DNA of 61,438 bases, the filler included, from Choristocarpus tenellus KU-1152 (Eukaryota > Protista > Phaeophyceae), in assembly GCA_964200185.2 (NCBI GenBank). It is 12 parts of 12 records of this genome, joined end to end, with 100 filler letters (N's around TTAATTAATTAA, not from the genome) between each part and the next. Parts side by side here need not be neighbours in the genome. Positions count along the whole stretch, not along the records: positions 24,501 to 27,529 come from CAXNAD020022824.1; positions 27,630 to 39,291 come from CAXNAD020002198.1; 10 more parts are not named here. One strand, written 5' to 3'. This document shows, piece after piece, positions 24,501 through 37,500 of this stretch. The notes beneath the pieces are model-generated. The model worked only from the letters and a program-made list of their open reading frames with translations. It made no database searches and was not told the origin of the DNA. The translations under genes were made by a program, and so were the position numbers. The first letter of the stretch is position 1. The number at the start of each line of letters is the position of its first letter.

Positions 24501-24733
24501 GTGGTCATCGGATGGAAGGGGTGACTGGAAATCAGTGGCAAAAGGAGTTTGCCCTGGTTGGTCATCAGAGTTGGGGTGGCTGGAAATCAGTGGCAAAAGA
24601 GGTTTGCCCTGGTTGGTCATCAGAAGTGGGGTGGCTGGAAATCAGGGGTAAAAGGGGTTTGCCCTGGTTGGTTATCAGAGTTGGGGTGGCTGGAAATCAG
24701 TGGCAAAGGGGTTTTGCCCTTGTTGGTCACAAG
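24501..24733. repeat. 55-bp minisatellite, about 4 copies (cut by contig start)
   Basis: TGGAAATCAG recurs at 24526, 24581, 24636 and 24691, an exact 55-bp period. Confidence 0.93.
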
Positions 24734-26161
24734 GGGGGTTAGAATAAGGAGAGGAGAGGATTAGGGAGGAATGCAAAAATAGAAAATAAAAGAATAATAA
24801 TAATCCAGAATTCGTGAGCAAAACAAAGACTCCATTTTATGGACTTAAATTGAATCTCGCGTGTAGGAAAGGAGGTAAAATACGTAGACCATAGCCAGCC
24901 CACTGTGAGGAAAGGCCGGGCGCCACAAGGAAATATCAAAAACACTCGTATGTACTCATCATGTACTCAACTAACTAGTCGGATTATTTCACTAGGCTGA
25001 AGGGATCTGAAAGGTGAAAGAACCTCCACAACAAACTTCTATCCGATGCTGAAAGAGTCAAAATCTCACAAACCCCTGTTGTAGCTTACGTAAAACCAAG
25101 TGACATACTGGAGTATAATATGCTGTACAAGTCCATACGAGACAACCACTTGCTAGAAACCTTAAGATTTATCCAACAAAACATCACCAAAACCATCAAA
25201 AATTATAAAATCCATTCAACTCAAACAGCAAGTAGTTTGTTTACCAGTGACAGTTTTTCACAATTTGCCTCCTTTGCGTATTTCTTAAACTGATAAATAC
25301 CAACAAACCTAAACTGCTCTACCCATCCGATTTCATATTCAAATCCTTCTCATTCGAAGGAGGAACTAGACCAACATTCAGTAAGTGCAACCAAAATTGT
25401 CGCATCCTGTAAGATAAAGGAATATGTTACTACATAAGGGTCTAGGATATGTTGAACACATCCAAAAATGTTTCATATTGTTTTTGCTTGAGGATCGACA
25501 CATTATAGGCTGTCAAGAAAGCCCACTGATAATATCATGAACGACGGTTCATCCCACTCCAAAAATACACAAATACGCGCAACCAACCCTATCTCTTGAT
25601 CAATTTTGAAACGAAATGTCTTTCTACAATCTATACAATATTCAATTGTTCTTATATTTGATGTACTCATTGGTTTTTCCGATCACGTGTGTATGAAATG
25701 TCAGAGTGCGTACTAAAAATATAAATCAATATTTCAGTATTTAATACCATTCAATAACTAAAACTACTGTATGTACCACACATACTTCACTTACATCAAT
25801 TTTATACATTGATAATAGTGAGGTGTAGAAGGACATAATGCGTATGAATCATGATAATCTAGCACACACCATCCCAATTATCCTCACAAAGAAATATCCT
25901 TTGGAACAAGCAAAAGTGTTTCTTGGTGATCATTTTGATATCATTTCGCGGTCTCAAGACCAGCACATGAAGTCCTGATTAATTCAACAAGCACATTCTG
26001 CTTCAAGTTTTCGGAGTAATTCGAAATATGAAGGAGGAAGAATCTCACTGTCTCGCCCTCCTGAAACACATCAAAAAGCGTTTGAAACATTGCAAACCCT
26101 CCTACTTACCCAACACCCAATCTTTATCATAGTGCAAGCATCAAGCAGCAGCAGAGGCGAA

Positions 26162-26557
26162 ATGTCGACGTCACGTACCGTGAGGATCGTCTTGCTGATC
26201 GTCTCGCTTTTGCTGGCTGTTGCCTCTGCGAATGTTGTTGAAGAATCGATGTTGGAGACGAGAGTACAGCGCGGCCTACAGTCGTGTGGCACCAAGTGCA
26301 AAACGAAGAGTGAAACTAAGAAGAATGGGAAGAAGAGGAAGAAGACCTACTTCTGTGACTCGAGATGTACAACAATGATCCTCGATCCACTGCTTGGGGC
26401 TGGCTGTTTTAGACAGGGCATAAGAAACTACCGCAGGTGCTTCTACAGCTTGAAAGCTCTCAAGAAGAAGGTCAAGAAGGGGAAGCACTTTCCATTTTGC
26501 ATTACCCGAGAGACCATTCCGGAGAGTGCACCCTACGTACGCCGTCTCTTGGACTGA
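26162..26557 (+). CDS. Intronless small secreted, highly basic Cys-rich protein (131 aa; signal peptide plus RxL-type propeptide)
   Basis: ATG at 26162 to TGA at 26557. Signal peptide MSTSRTVRIVLLIVSLLLAVASA, acidic spacer ending RGLQ, then a K/R-rich region with 7 Cys. CpG-rich, coding-like composition in AT-rich flanks. Confidence 0.8.
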   Translation: MSTSRTVRIVLLIVSLLLAVASANVVEESMLETRVQRGLQSCGTKCKTKSETKKNGKKRKKTYFCDSRCTTMILDPLLGAGCFRQGIRNYRRCFYSLKALKKKVKKGKHFPFCITRETIPESAPYVRRLLD

Positions 26558-28268
26558 GAGGAGACACATCGTGAGCTCCTTCCTCAAACAGGTCTGGTCA
26601 ATTTTTGGGGTGGTCTTCAAAGGATATATCATCATTAATAGTAGTATGCCTCATCGCTCTGACTTTTGTCTTGTATACACTGTGCTGGCAACTGTTTTCT
26701 TCCAAATATCATCTGTAACGTACTGTACAGACAGAGCTACCTACGCAAATGTGTGATGTGTGAAAACAATCACCTGGAAATGTTCTTGCCCGGTCCTGGC
26801 GATCCTATGTGGCTGACTTCCCCGCTTTATGTATGTTCACTTTGTTAATTCTCCCCTTTTACCAATTTCTTTACAGGTAGTCAGTTAGAGAGTCGGCGCC
26901 GTCTGCTCTGGAGTACTCTCTTGTTGCGAATGGATTCGGTCCCCGCGAGCCGTACACGCTGCACGTTGCCCCTATTGAAGTCATTTCATTCATTTTGAGG
27001 ATATATGACATGCAAAAAACTAAACTATAAATACTGTTCGTTGACAGTTCTTAGGATACATCATCCCAGCTATCGTGGTCTTCGATCGGGGCCCTCTGTG
27101 TTGTGATTGAACTCGCATTTTGCGCTAAGTTTTCGTTTCAGCAGGAGGGTGACATCGAGGTTTGTGTGGTTGAGTGATAATGCCTCTCTTTCTTTCGTCT
27201 TTTGTGGGAACGCTGTTCTGTGAAGAACAATTTCGTTGTATATATATGTTCTCGTCTCAGCTTCTATTCATCAAATTAGATTGGACACAAAGATAAAAGT
27301 TAGTGAGGTGTACCACAAGCGTCCCAGTAATGTTACAGGCGAATAGCGTGAGCATTTCTTCTTGTATTTCAACGAAGTTTGAGCATTTGTTACACGCGAA
27401 TAGCGCGAACATTTTTCTCCTCATGTGTTAGGAAATACGAACATTTGTAATAGACATACAGTGTGAAGATTGTTTCTCGAGTTCTGACAAGTGCAAACTA
27501 TATACGATATTAGTAACACATAGGTTAACNNNNNNNNNNNNNNNNNNNNNNNNNNNNNNNNNNNNNNNNNNNNTTAATTAATTAANNNNNNNNNNNNNNN
27601 NNNNNNNNNNNNNNNNNNNNNNNNNNNNNTGCTGGGGGGGGGGGGGGGGGGGGGGTGTGCTGCAGATCTGGAGGGGAAGGCAACACCCAGCCAGTAAGAC
27701 GTAGAAAATTCCTCTGCCGTCCTTGAGAACACACCTTTCCAATTAAAAACACTTCCTCCTAGTTGCAAGAATCCAGACCGTCACAATCACAACCCCCCAA
27801 CGAAACCCTTGGTTGTTTCCGGTTCCTGTGATACCCCACAACAGTCCGTTCAAAGACGGAAGACCAACCTTAACCCTTCCAAATCACTCCCACTCCTGAA
27901 CATCTTTTGCTCAAAAAATAAACTCTTTTTGCAAGGTAACAGTAACTTCCCCCTCCCCACCCCCCACCAGGTCTAGTTTAGCAGCATCGACTTAACCTCG
28001 CCTTCTCCTCGACCCTCTCTGTCGCCTATACCACCGCAGGCGTCAATCTTTGAGTTAAGGTTTGCAGAATAGTATTGTTTGTGCAAAGGGATGCGCTAAC
28101 AACCATTGCGCCTGAAGACCCCACTCGCCTTGCCCTTCTCACTCACATCTACTTTCTTTTCCTTCTTGGGCTTGGCAGAAGAGGGTGCCCACTGCTTCGG
28201 ATCCTTCTTTTCCTTCTTTGGCTTGCCCCCCCCCTTCGCAAGCTTTTTCATTGCATTCTGGGTTGGAG

Positions 28269-28300
28269 TTTAGGGTGTGGGGTTAGGGTGTAGGGTTAGG
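28269..28300. repeat. Degenerate interstitial telomere-like (TTAGGG)n
   Basis: TTAGGGTGTGGGGTTAGGGTGTAGGGTTAGGG. Similar short tracts occur at ~34710-34750, 37097-37120, 54655-54676 and 55567-55578. Confidence 0.7.
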
Positions 28301-31300
28301 GCCGTGGCAAGGATCAAATCTATTGCAGAGAGGAGAGGAGAGTAAGGTAGAAGAGTCACAAGCAAGCAGACAGATGTAGGACGTAGACAGGCACCACAAG
28401 GGATAATACAATTCCAAAGCATAGCATAGCCTAAAAGGGTGGCATTGTATTGCTGTGGCATTCACCACACTGGAAGGGTTCAAGGTAGGCACTGATAATG
28501 ACATAAAAGGACAGGCAGATATGAAGAGCCATCAGATGGATGGATAGGCATACACCCATGCCTCCCCATCTTGGGGTGTGTTGGCAGTCCACTTTGCATG
28601 AGTTGAAGGGAAATGGGGGGTATGGACTGAAGGTATACTGCGTACAGCTCAGGTCTTCGACATTCCACACTCTAGTAGCAGGATGGTGTCACAAAGAAAG
28701 CTGGATCACCACAGAGATTGGACAGAGAGAGATTCAAATAGATCAACACAGGCATAGACCAAGTAAATGGAGGGTTGGGGAAGAGGGGGAAACAAATTGT
28801 AGAGTGTGTTTTATGACCGGGCGACGGACAGTATACTTCTGTACTTACGGTCCTTGAACCATATTCAAATATTGTGATCCAAAGCCTATCTCACATCTTT
28901 GCGGTAAAGAAGGATGAGGTGTAGTTTACATTCCCTACAAACCTTTCATCGTATAACTGCTCCTGCTGGAATCAATTGCGTACTAATGCACTGCATCAAG
29001 AAAGCTCATCATCTGCTGTAGGACTCCCCTGGCATGTGCTGCCATCAACAAAATGCTCAACATAAGTGAGTGCAGCCCTGTTCAGATCATTACTGAGATA
29101 ATGAACACGGAACGCCACTCTCATGATCTCCTTCGGGTGGCACAAGCATAGAGGAATTTTATACGCTTCATTATTGTTCTACAGCAATTCCCTATGCGGA
29201 TAGAGTGCATTTTGCCTACATTATCATGGTCACCTGGGACCATCACTGCGTCACTACTGTACTTCGACAACACACATACACCAAACACAAACGCGAACGC
29301 AAAGCACACTCGTAGCTACGGAACCTATGCGCCATTCAGGGGTACAAGTCACCGGTCCTTAGGTCCACAATTCATTCACCTTGGATAACTTTTTCCCCTC
29401 CCCATCTAACACAGGGGCTTCCTCCACACCGGCTGTCGATATCTCAGTCGACCTCTTTACGCTTGCACCTGCAACAGGTGCTGGAACTGCTTCGGCCCCA
29501 GCATTGGTCTGAGGAGGTTGTGCGGGACTTGGGTTGGTGCAGGTATTTCCTAAAGAGGTACAGATCGTAGTCATTAACGAGTCGAAAATAGGTTCAAGGC
29601 ACTACAGTCATGATGCAGCGGGTTCTCTTCACTTGTTTTCTGGAAGATCTTGTTACAGTGGTGCAACCTATGACTTGCACTCTTTCCATCAATCTAAGAA
29701 GGATGCGATGAAAAACTCAGCAGGGTGGGACAACCCTAGACCCCTTAAGACTGCAGGAACCCACCATTCTTGTCATCCATAAGTTGAGTACGTTGCACCA
29801 ACATGAGAACAGTAGACTCTTTTCAAGACAAGAACATTGCCCTCATTATGTTAACCAACAGGTGAAGCATTTATGCGCGGTGATGCAGTCATTGCGCAGT
29901 CTAAGACTAATTCAACCTCGTTCAACATAACCACCTCAAAGCATTTCACACTGCTGGTGTACACCATCACTCTTCCCCATTATTACCTTGCCGTTGACCT
30001 CGTCAATGTACTTGAGCATCCTGGCATAGCTCTCATCCGACTCAAACATATCTAACATCGTGCCCACCCCGGTGAAAGGGAAGGTTTGACTTGGGTACTT
30101 GTAGAGTAGAGCTTGATGTTAGTCACCAACTTCCTCCACCAGCAGATATGACTGAGGAAGCAATAGGTAGTTTTACTAGCGCGTTTTCCCTCGTCAAGTC
30201 GCTAGATATGCCACCAGCAAGCAGCAATCAAGTACCACTTCCTTCCAAGGCGACCAAAAAGCAAGGTAAGCCGACCAACCTCAGCCAAGAAGACCTTTCC
30301 TGTTCTTCTACAATACAAGGTCTCATATCAAATGGCTCTGGGCTCTTTCGTAGCCACTACAGGGCAAGGACCAAACTTCACTTTTCAAACCTCCCCTCCA
30401 GCATCATCCAAACAAAAGCTGTCGATTGTCCAAGTACTTACCTCCACGATAGTACCTTGGCTGTGCATTACGTCCACGGCTGCAGATATTACATGCAGAC
30501 CTCACGATGGCCGATCAGGCGGTCAATCATGACCGTGTTCGGGGACCAAATTTCATGAGGACGATTCTCATGGTAATCTTCCTGTACTTCGTTGGAGAAC
30601 TGCTAGAGGAGGACCACCCCACAGACGATACCTTCCCCATCACCAACTACATATTCCGTTCTTTTTCCTACTTCTTCCATAAAGTCGTCATTGGTGCGAC
30701 AACTCCAGACCTAACGGTGAGTGAGTTGGTATGCCAACTTGGTAAGGGTTGGAATTGACTCGCCATTATCCTAGGTCATATCAGCTACCCACATGCATAT
30801 CATATACACGTCCATCTCACTTACTACTCTTCGCATAGAATCGCTGCTGCAATCTTAGTTGGGCGATTCACGGGGGGTAAGTAATGGTGTGTGCTTGTTC
30901 GGGTTACATACAAGCCCTTCCTCGATTACGAACTGCCTTTGAGTTGAGATCCTGTCATATCATCCTTGCCGATCCAACTCGGTTTCTCGTCTTGACAGGT
31001 AGAAGGTATCAATGAATCGCTACATCCTATTTCGGGTAAATGCTTCACGTGGAGAATCAAAGGACACTTGGAGGCGTACCAATGGTGCCACGGAGGGCGC
31101 TCAACGATCTTTTGGGAAATGGACACTGAAAGCAGGGAGCCAGAATTTGTGAGTGAATTTCTAAGCCTGTGTTCTAAGCACAGGACCTGTACCGCATCCT
31201 ATACTCGACCCAATCCCACATGGTATGTTGCAACAAATGATGCATGAATGTCAATGGACCATTCATTCTTCACCAATTCGATCCAAGTATGCTCCATGAA

Positions 31301-31704
31301 AGAATGGGGCATCACATGCTTACAACCACCACCAGAATCAGGACTGTCTTATTTTCCATCACTGACCCTACGCTTCCAACTCGTTCATACATAACGAACG
31401 TTTTGAGTATGATAGATAAGGGGACATGTATTATGAACTGTAATATTCTTGGAGCAAGCAATTGGTCACTCGTCGAAGCACCTGTCAGTGACCTGACTAC
31501 TTGTCTTACTCTCCAGAAGCAAAAGTGATAAGGCCTCTTGCAAATGTATGTGTACCAAACTAAAGGTCTGAATCGAACGCAGTTAGCAACACGTCATACT
31601 ACCGAGTACGAACACAATGCGTCTGAGAATTGTCTTCTTTTTTTGCATGCTTGCGTGCGTGCGTGTGTATGTCGTGTTTCATCGTTTCTCTCCTTTTTTT
31701 CCAG

Positions 31705-32358
31705 CAACTCGATCTGGGGGTACACATCAACTCCACAATTCAGTTGGAGCAGGACTGGCGCCCTGAGATGATCCACCACTTTCAAGGCGGGGATGCCTGC
31801 CCCAATCCCGCAAATCTTCCCGGACATGACCCGTCTGCCCTCCTGGCAGCGGTGAGAAGTTTACACGCATTCAAGCTCAGTAGTTCAGCACTTCTATTTC
31901 CCCTATAGCCCTCGCTATCGGTTCGTATTGCATCCTGATCTTGACCTTAGTGTTCAAGTGTTGTACTACTCTACATATTCAAAGCTTTCCGATTTAGAAA
32001 AAAAAAAAAAAGAGTTTGAAGCACTGGAATATCATTGCCGAGCGGCGCTGGTTTAGTCCCAGGTGTTGTTTGAACGGTTTGCCACAGTTGTTTGATCAAG
32101 TACTATGGTTCGAGTACGCGGGATTATGTGGCGCTGACTGCAATTTTTGGTGATTGTTCGTTGGCGGGATTTCAAGCGCTTGGTGGATTTCCTCCTGCAG
32201 TGAAAAGACGTTTCAGGCCTTCAGACCAAACCAAGGGGTTTCAGTAGGGCTGCAAATTTGGAGCGATGGATTCTTGTACGGGATACTGCTGCTTTGGACA
32301 AAAGAAGTGCCCAGCTTGTAACGTTGATGCTGCTTCGGCATGCCATTTCCACTCCTAT

Positions 32359-32399
<41 letters not shown>

Positions 32400-34556
32400 C
32401 CAACCTTTTGCCGCAGAAAAAAAAAAATGGCGTGCGCTTCAAAAGTGCACGCCAACAATTTTTCCCACATAGATTCGTTTCGGTTTATCACAGCTTAACC
32501 ACTGACTGTACCTTGTTTTGTCGTTCCATATATAATATACATACAGATATATATATATAAAATATATATTTTTTTTATATATTTATCTCCGTGTTATCCG
32601 TCCGAATATTTCATATCAGCCCGGTGGTGATCAGGGCGGAGGAATGAAGAGCCTGAGAGACGAACCCACAATTCCAACACGCCCACAATTCTCTCCCGAA
32701 TTTCATTCCGGGGTATTGGGATGGTGCCGTCTGCTGGCCTGTAGGTCAGGTACCACAGCGCGGACTTCGCCCAGAGTCGCCTTCCGCTGTAATATGCGTT
32801 TTTGTTTATGTTTTTTTTTCGGACGAGGGACTGCGCTCAGCCAATCGGAATTGTCGCCCCTTTTGGGGGGGGGGGTTTCGTGTTATCTGCCGCGGTGTGG
32901 ATCAATCGCACTTGATTCCGGCAGGGGCGTGTGGACGATGCCTCCCCATGCTGTTGATTAAGAAATTAATATTTGTTGATTCTGTTTTTGTTTTTTGATT
33001 TTTGTGTGTGTGTGTGTGTGTGTGTATCGGGGGGGGGTTTTATCCAAGTTTTTAGATCGTACTTTCAATTCGCACTTGGCAGTACAGTAAGGGCCTGCCT
33101 TCCTTCCTGTCTGTCGGGTTTTCCCAGAAATTGGGATGGCGTGGCAGTGAGAATGTGTAGTGCGAGTACTCTGCTGTACTACAACAGCAGGGAGCGGTCC
33201 TTCACGCATTGTACCCTTGGTTGTCTTCGTTGTTGTACTCCTTTTTGTCTCATCTTGCACCATCCTTTTTTTGTAGCTTTTGAGTGTATGTGTGTGAAGT
33301 TTCCCGATCGTGTACCTTTTTGTGTCACATTATATGTTGCTGACCTGCAGTAGCAATGAATTGAAAAGTAAAGGGCTCAGCGTGTCATTTACGCTCTAAT
33401 TGTACCCCTTTTTGTCTAATTTTAGTACACCACATTCGGTGTGTGCATATATCCGTACCCTTTTGTGTCACTATGTACCGTAAGTACCATACAGTGCTGA
33501 CAAATTGAAGTGTAATGTTCTCACTCGGTACATTTTTTGTGTTCTAATTCTATTTGTACCCCTTTTTTATTATTATTTTGTATCAAACCTGTTTCGTGCA
33601 CACCCTGTGTCTCTCTGCTGTGCATGCAACTGACAGCACCCTCGCATTAAACAAGTGGTTCTTGTATTCATCACAACTGACAAACATTCCCAGATGCCAC
33701 TCTCACATACATATTCATGCCTACACACATACACACAAACACACAAACACACACACGCACACACTTATGCATGTAGGTACGTTCTCACTTGTCCTGAATG
33801 CCCACCATTGCCCTCCAGGATGTGTACCTTTGGTGCTGCCAGGAAGATGGCAGGGGAGATTTGCCGTGTACGGGGGGGTGGGATGGGCGGAGGGGAGAGA
33901 GTGGGGAGTGCAAAGACAACACTTTGAATGCAGAGAGCGAGGCCTGGGGAGAGGGGGGGGAGAAGGATGGGACGAGGCTAGTCATGGCGAAGAAGATGGG
34001 GCTGTGCATGTTTGAGATACATGTTTGTACAGAGCTGGTGTGTCCCCTCTATGTGAGTTACCCAAGGCAGTGTGCTTGGTGCAATATATATATATATGTA
34101 TATATATATTTATTTAACAAATTGTGACAAGATTGGGGACTATGTTAATATGATGAGGACGTTATTAACGTTATTAATATATATATATATATTTTTGCGT
34201 TGGTATTGTAAATGAGGGGGGGCCGAGGTAACTTGACGTAATATTTAAGTAGGTTGCATGGGGGTAATGTAATGGGGGGGTTTGTGTGGGTGAAGATGCT
34301 CTTGGTTCTCAGAAGGAGGAGGAGGAGGATTTTGTTGTGTTTTGTTTTTTGTCCTCGAGTGGGCAAATTCGGAACAATATATATATATATATATATATTT
34401 GGTCGTACTGAAGGCGTTCTGCTGTCAAGAAATTCTGTCTTTTAAGCACCTGCGCATGTATGTGGGAATGTGTGTGTAATTTCTTACAAGATTTTTTCCG
34501 CTGATTTAATATCATATCAAATTATTACTATATTATTATATATTAATATTTTGTAC

Positions 34557-34588
<32 letters not shown>

Positions 34589-37500
34589 ATAGTAGTAGTA
34601 GTGATAGTAATAGTAATAGTAGTAGTAGTAGTAGCACGGTGGTCTTACTACAGTAGTCCTTGATCATGCTCTTTTTTGGAATTTTTTTTTTGCCTGCAAA
34701 GAAAAGATTCCTAACCCTAACTGTTTTAATCACCACTCCCTAACCCTAACTGTTCATCGTGGTAACTGTTTTTGTTTCTGCTTTGAGCGGTACCACTCCA
34801 GACCGTTTTTATTTATTTTGAGCATTTATTTTTTTCTCTTTTTTTGTTGTTGCCTGGACCGACCCCCAACCCGAGTTCGGGAGGTAGGTACACTATTAAG
34901 CCACAGTGTACACAACACAGTACACAACACAGGGTACGACACCCGCAAACCACAACCTGCACTAGATGCAAAACACGCCTTCCGTCCTGCACCAGATATG
35001 AACACGCCTTCCGTCCTCCACTAGGTATAAACACGCCTTCCATCCTGCACCAGATATAAACACGCCTTCCGTCCTCCACTACATATGAACGCGCCTTCGT
35101 CTTGCACTAGATCCGAGCACACCTTCCATCATGCATTACATCCAAACACGCCTTCCATCTCGCGTGTTGAACTTTTCGGTCACCCCACTCTGCTAGTCTT
35201 CCCCTCCTTCCTCTGGTGAACCTTATCACACAATTCCTTGCTTGCCTCGGCAACTGCCATCCATGGTGAAGTCACACCATCAAGTTTTGGACTTGTTGAC
35301 AAGGTAGCAGCCTCTTCACAGAGCATCCCACTCCACCACTACCTAGCTAGGTAGAGAGTAGTCCACTGCGCTTGCAACATCGAATGTGTGGAGATTTCAA
35401 GATACCTTTTTTTTTACGGGGGGGGGGGGGGTTGGCAGAATGTAAGAAAAATATCGCCTTGGCAGGGGGTTGAAAACCTTGAAAACCGCTCGCGGAACTT
35501 AACGGGGGAGCGCCGTCTTTTTGTCCCCCTCTGCAGTCGATCAGGTGTGGAAGAAATGATAAGAATAAGAAATAATTATTTTTGTTTATTGTTGTACGTG
35601 ATGTGATGGAGATGTGCATGTTTGTACTTATGTTGTAGTAGTGTGTTCCCACCGTGTGCCTTTTTTTTGTTTACAGCGTCACTAAACCTCGCACTGGCGT
35701 TGTCATACGTGTTCTCCCACCGTGTACCTTTCTTTGGCAGTGTCACAAAACCTTGCGCTACTGTTGTTACACATGTGTTCCCATCATGTACCTTTTTTTG
35801 ACAGTGTCTCAAAACCTTGCGCTAATGTTGTTACACATGTGTTCCCATCGTGTACCTTTTTTTGACAGTGTCACAAAACCTTGCACTGGCGTTGTCGTAC
35901 GTGTTTTCCCACCGTGTACCTTTTTTTTGTTTACAGCGTCAATAAACCTTGCGCTGATGTTGCCGTGCCTCACCCAACGAGACTCCGCTCCAATATCATT
36001 GTTGGTATATCATATCGTATCGTATCATATCATATCATACCATATTCCTTTGAAAAAAATACTAATAATTTAAAAAAAGAGTGCTTACTACTCCAACCGC
36101 TTTAATTGATCCCGAAATGTGTCTTTGAACTATGTATTATGGATGTTTAGGCATCAATAGATATCAAAGCACCGTCGTCAGGTGTTATATTTTCGATAAA
36201 TATCAAATGCATCAGTAGTTGTTTGATATCGAAGAACTGTTCGAATATCATAATTTCGATGAAAAATAAAGTGCATCGGTAGTTTTTTAACGCCAATGTA
36301 CCGTTAGATATCAGAAGTTCGATAAATATCAAGTGCATCAGAAGTTTTGATCTCAAAGAACTGTTAAATATCATAATTTCGATAAATATCAAGTGCATCA
36401 GAAGTTGTTTTGACACCACAGCACCGTTAGATATCAGAATTTCGATAAATTTAAATTGATTTGGTAGTTGTTTGATATCGAAGCTCCATTAGATATCATA
36501 ATTTCCATAAATATCAAATGCTCCAGTAGTCGCTTTGATATCGAAGTACCGTTAGATATCATAATTTTGATATATATATATATATATATCAAGTGCTTCA
36601 GTTGTAGGTGCTTTGATATCAAAGTACCACTAGATATCAGAAGTCCAGCAAAATATCAAATACTTCAGCAATTGTTTTGATGTCAAAGCACAGCACAGTT
36701 TGATACTGGATTGTTGCTAAGGAGTGAATGCAGTTAGGCAGTAGCAACAACAGTGGGTAACGAAGGGGCCATTGTATATCAAAATCACCAGTAGAAATCA
36801 AACCATCACCTACATACCAATTCATTGCTAGTTGTAAAAGCGCCTGTGTCATAGGGCCGGGCAGGGTGTGAGCGGAGACGCTAACCCTAAACTCGCTGGT
36901 TGTTTTGTGAATTGTTATCCCTTGCGCAAAAAAAATAAATCATTCTGATGTACGGATGTATGTATTTATATTGACTAGGTACTCTACTCGTGCATCTTTT
37001 TCCTGGTCAATTTGCCCCCCCAAAAAAGAAATTTCTTTGTCACAATTTTTTTTGTCTCTTCTCCTTTTTACGCAGTACACATCCGACAAAACAGTAAACC
37101 CTAACCCTAGCCCTAACCCTATCGCTATCCCCCCGCGAGTGAACCTGTTGCAATCGCATGGCCTTACGATTATTATTTTTTTATTATTAATAATATTATT
37201 ATCATTTTTTTCATTTGATATGTATGTACATACATTTTTTTTTAATCCATTTTTTTCTACCGTTGTGTTTGTGTATTGCGGCGATTCAATCGATTCTTTT
37301 ATTATTAATATTATTATTATTAATATTAATATTATTATTATTAATATTAATATTATTATTGTAACAAGAGAATAATCGATGTCCTACACTCAAAATAATG
37401 ATCCTCTCGATCAGTCGATAATATTTTTTTATTTGCTTTGTGGGTGTGACTTTTTTTTGTTCTTTTCAATGTGAGTCGATTGGATCATTTCAAGTCATCC

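Noticed and set aside
24501-24733. CTGATGA on the minus strand of each 55-bp unit as a tandem hammerhead ribozyme
   Set aside because: The required GAAA after stem II and the stem I/III pairings are absent. Other CTGATGA sites (~3393, 5414, 59333) fail the same test.
27630-28260. Minus-strand coding-like region
   Set aside because: Stops occur in all three frames and it lies between G/C homopolymers, so no gene model can be built.
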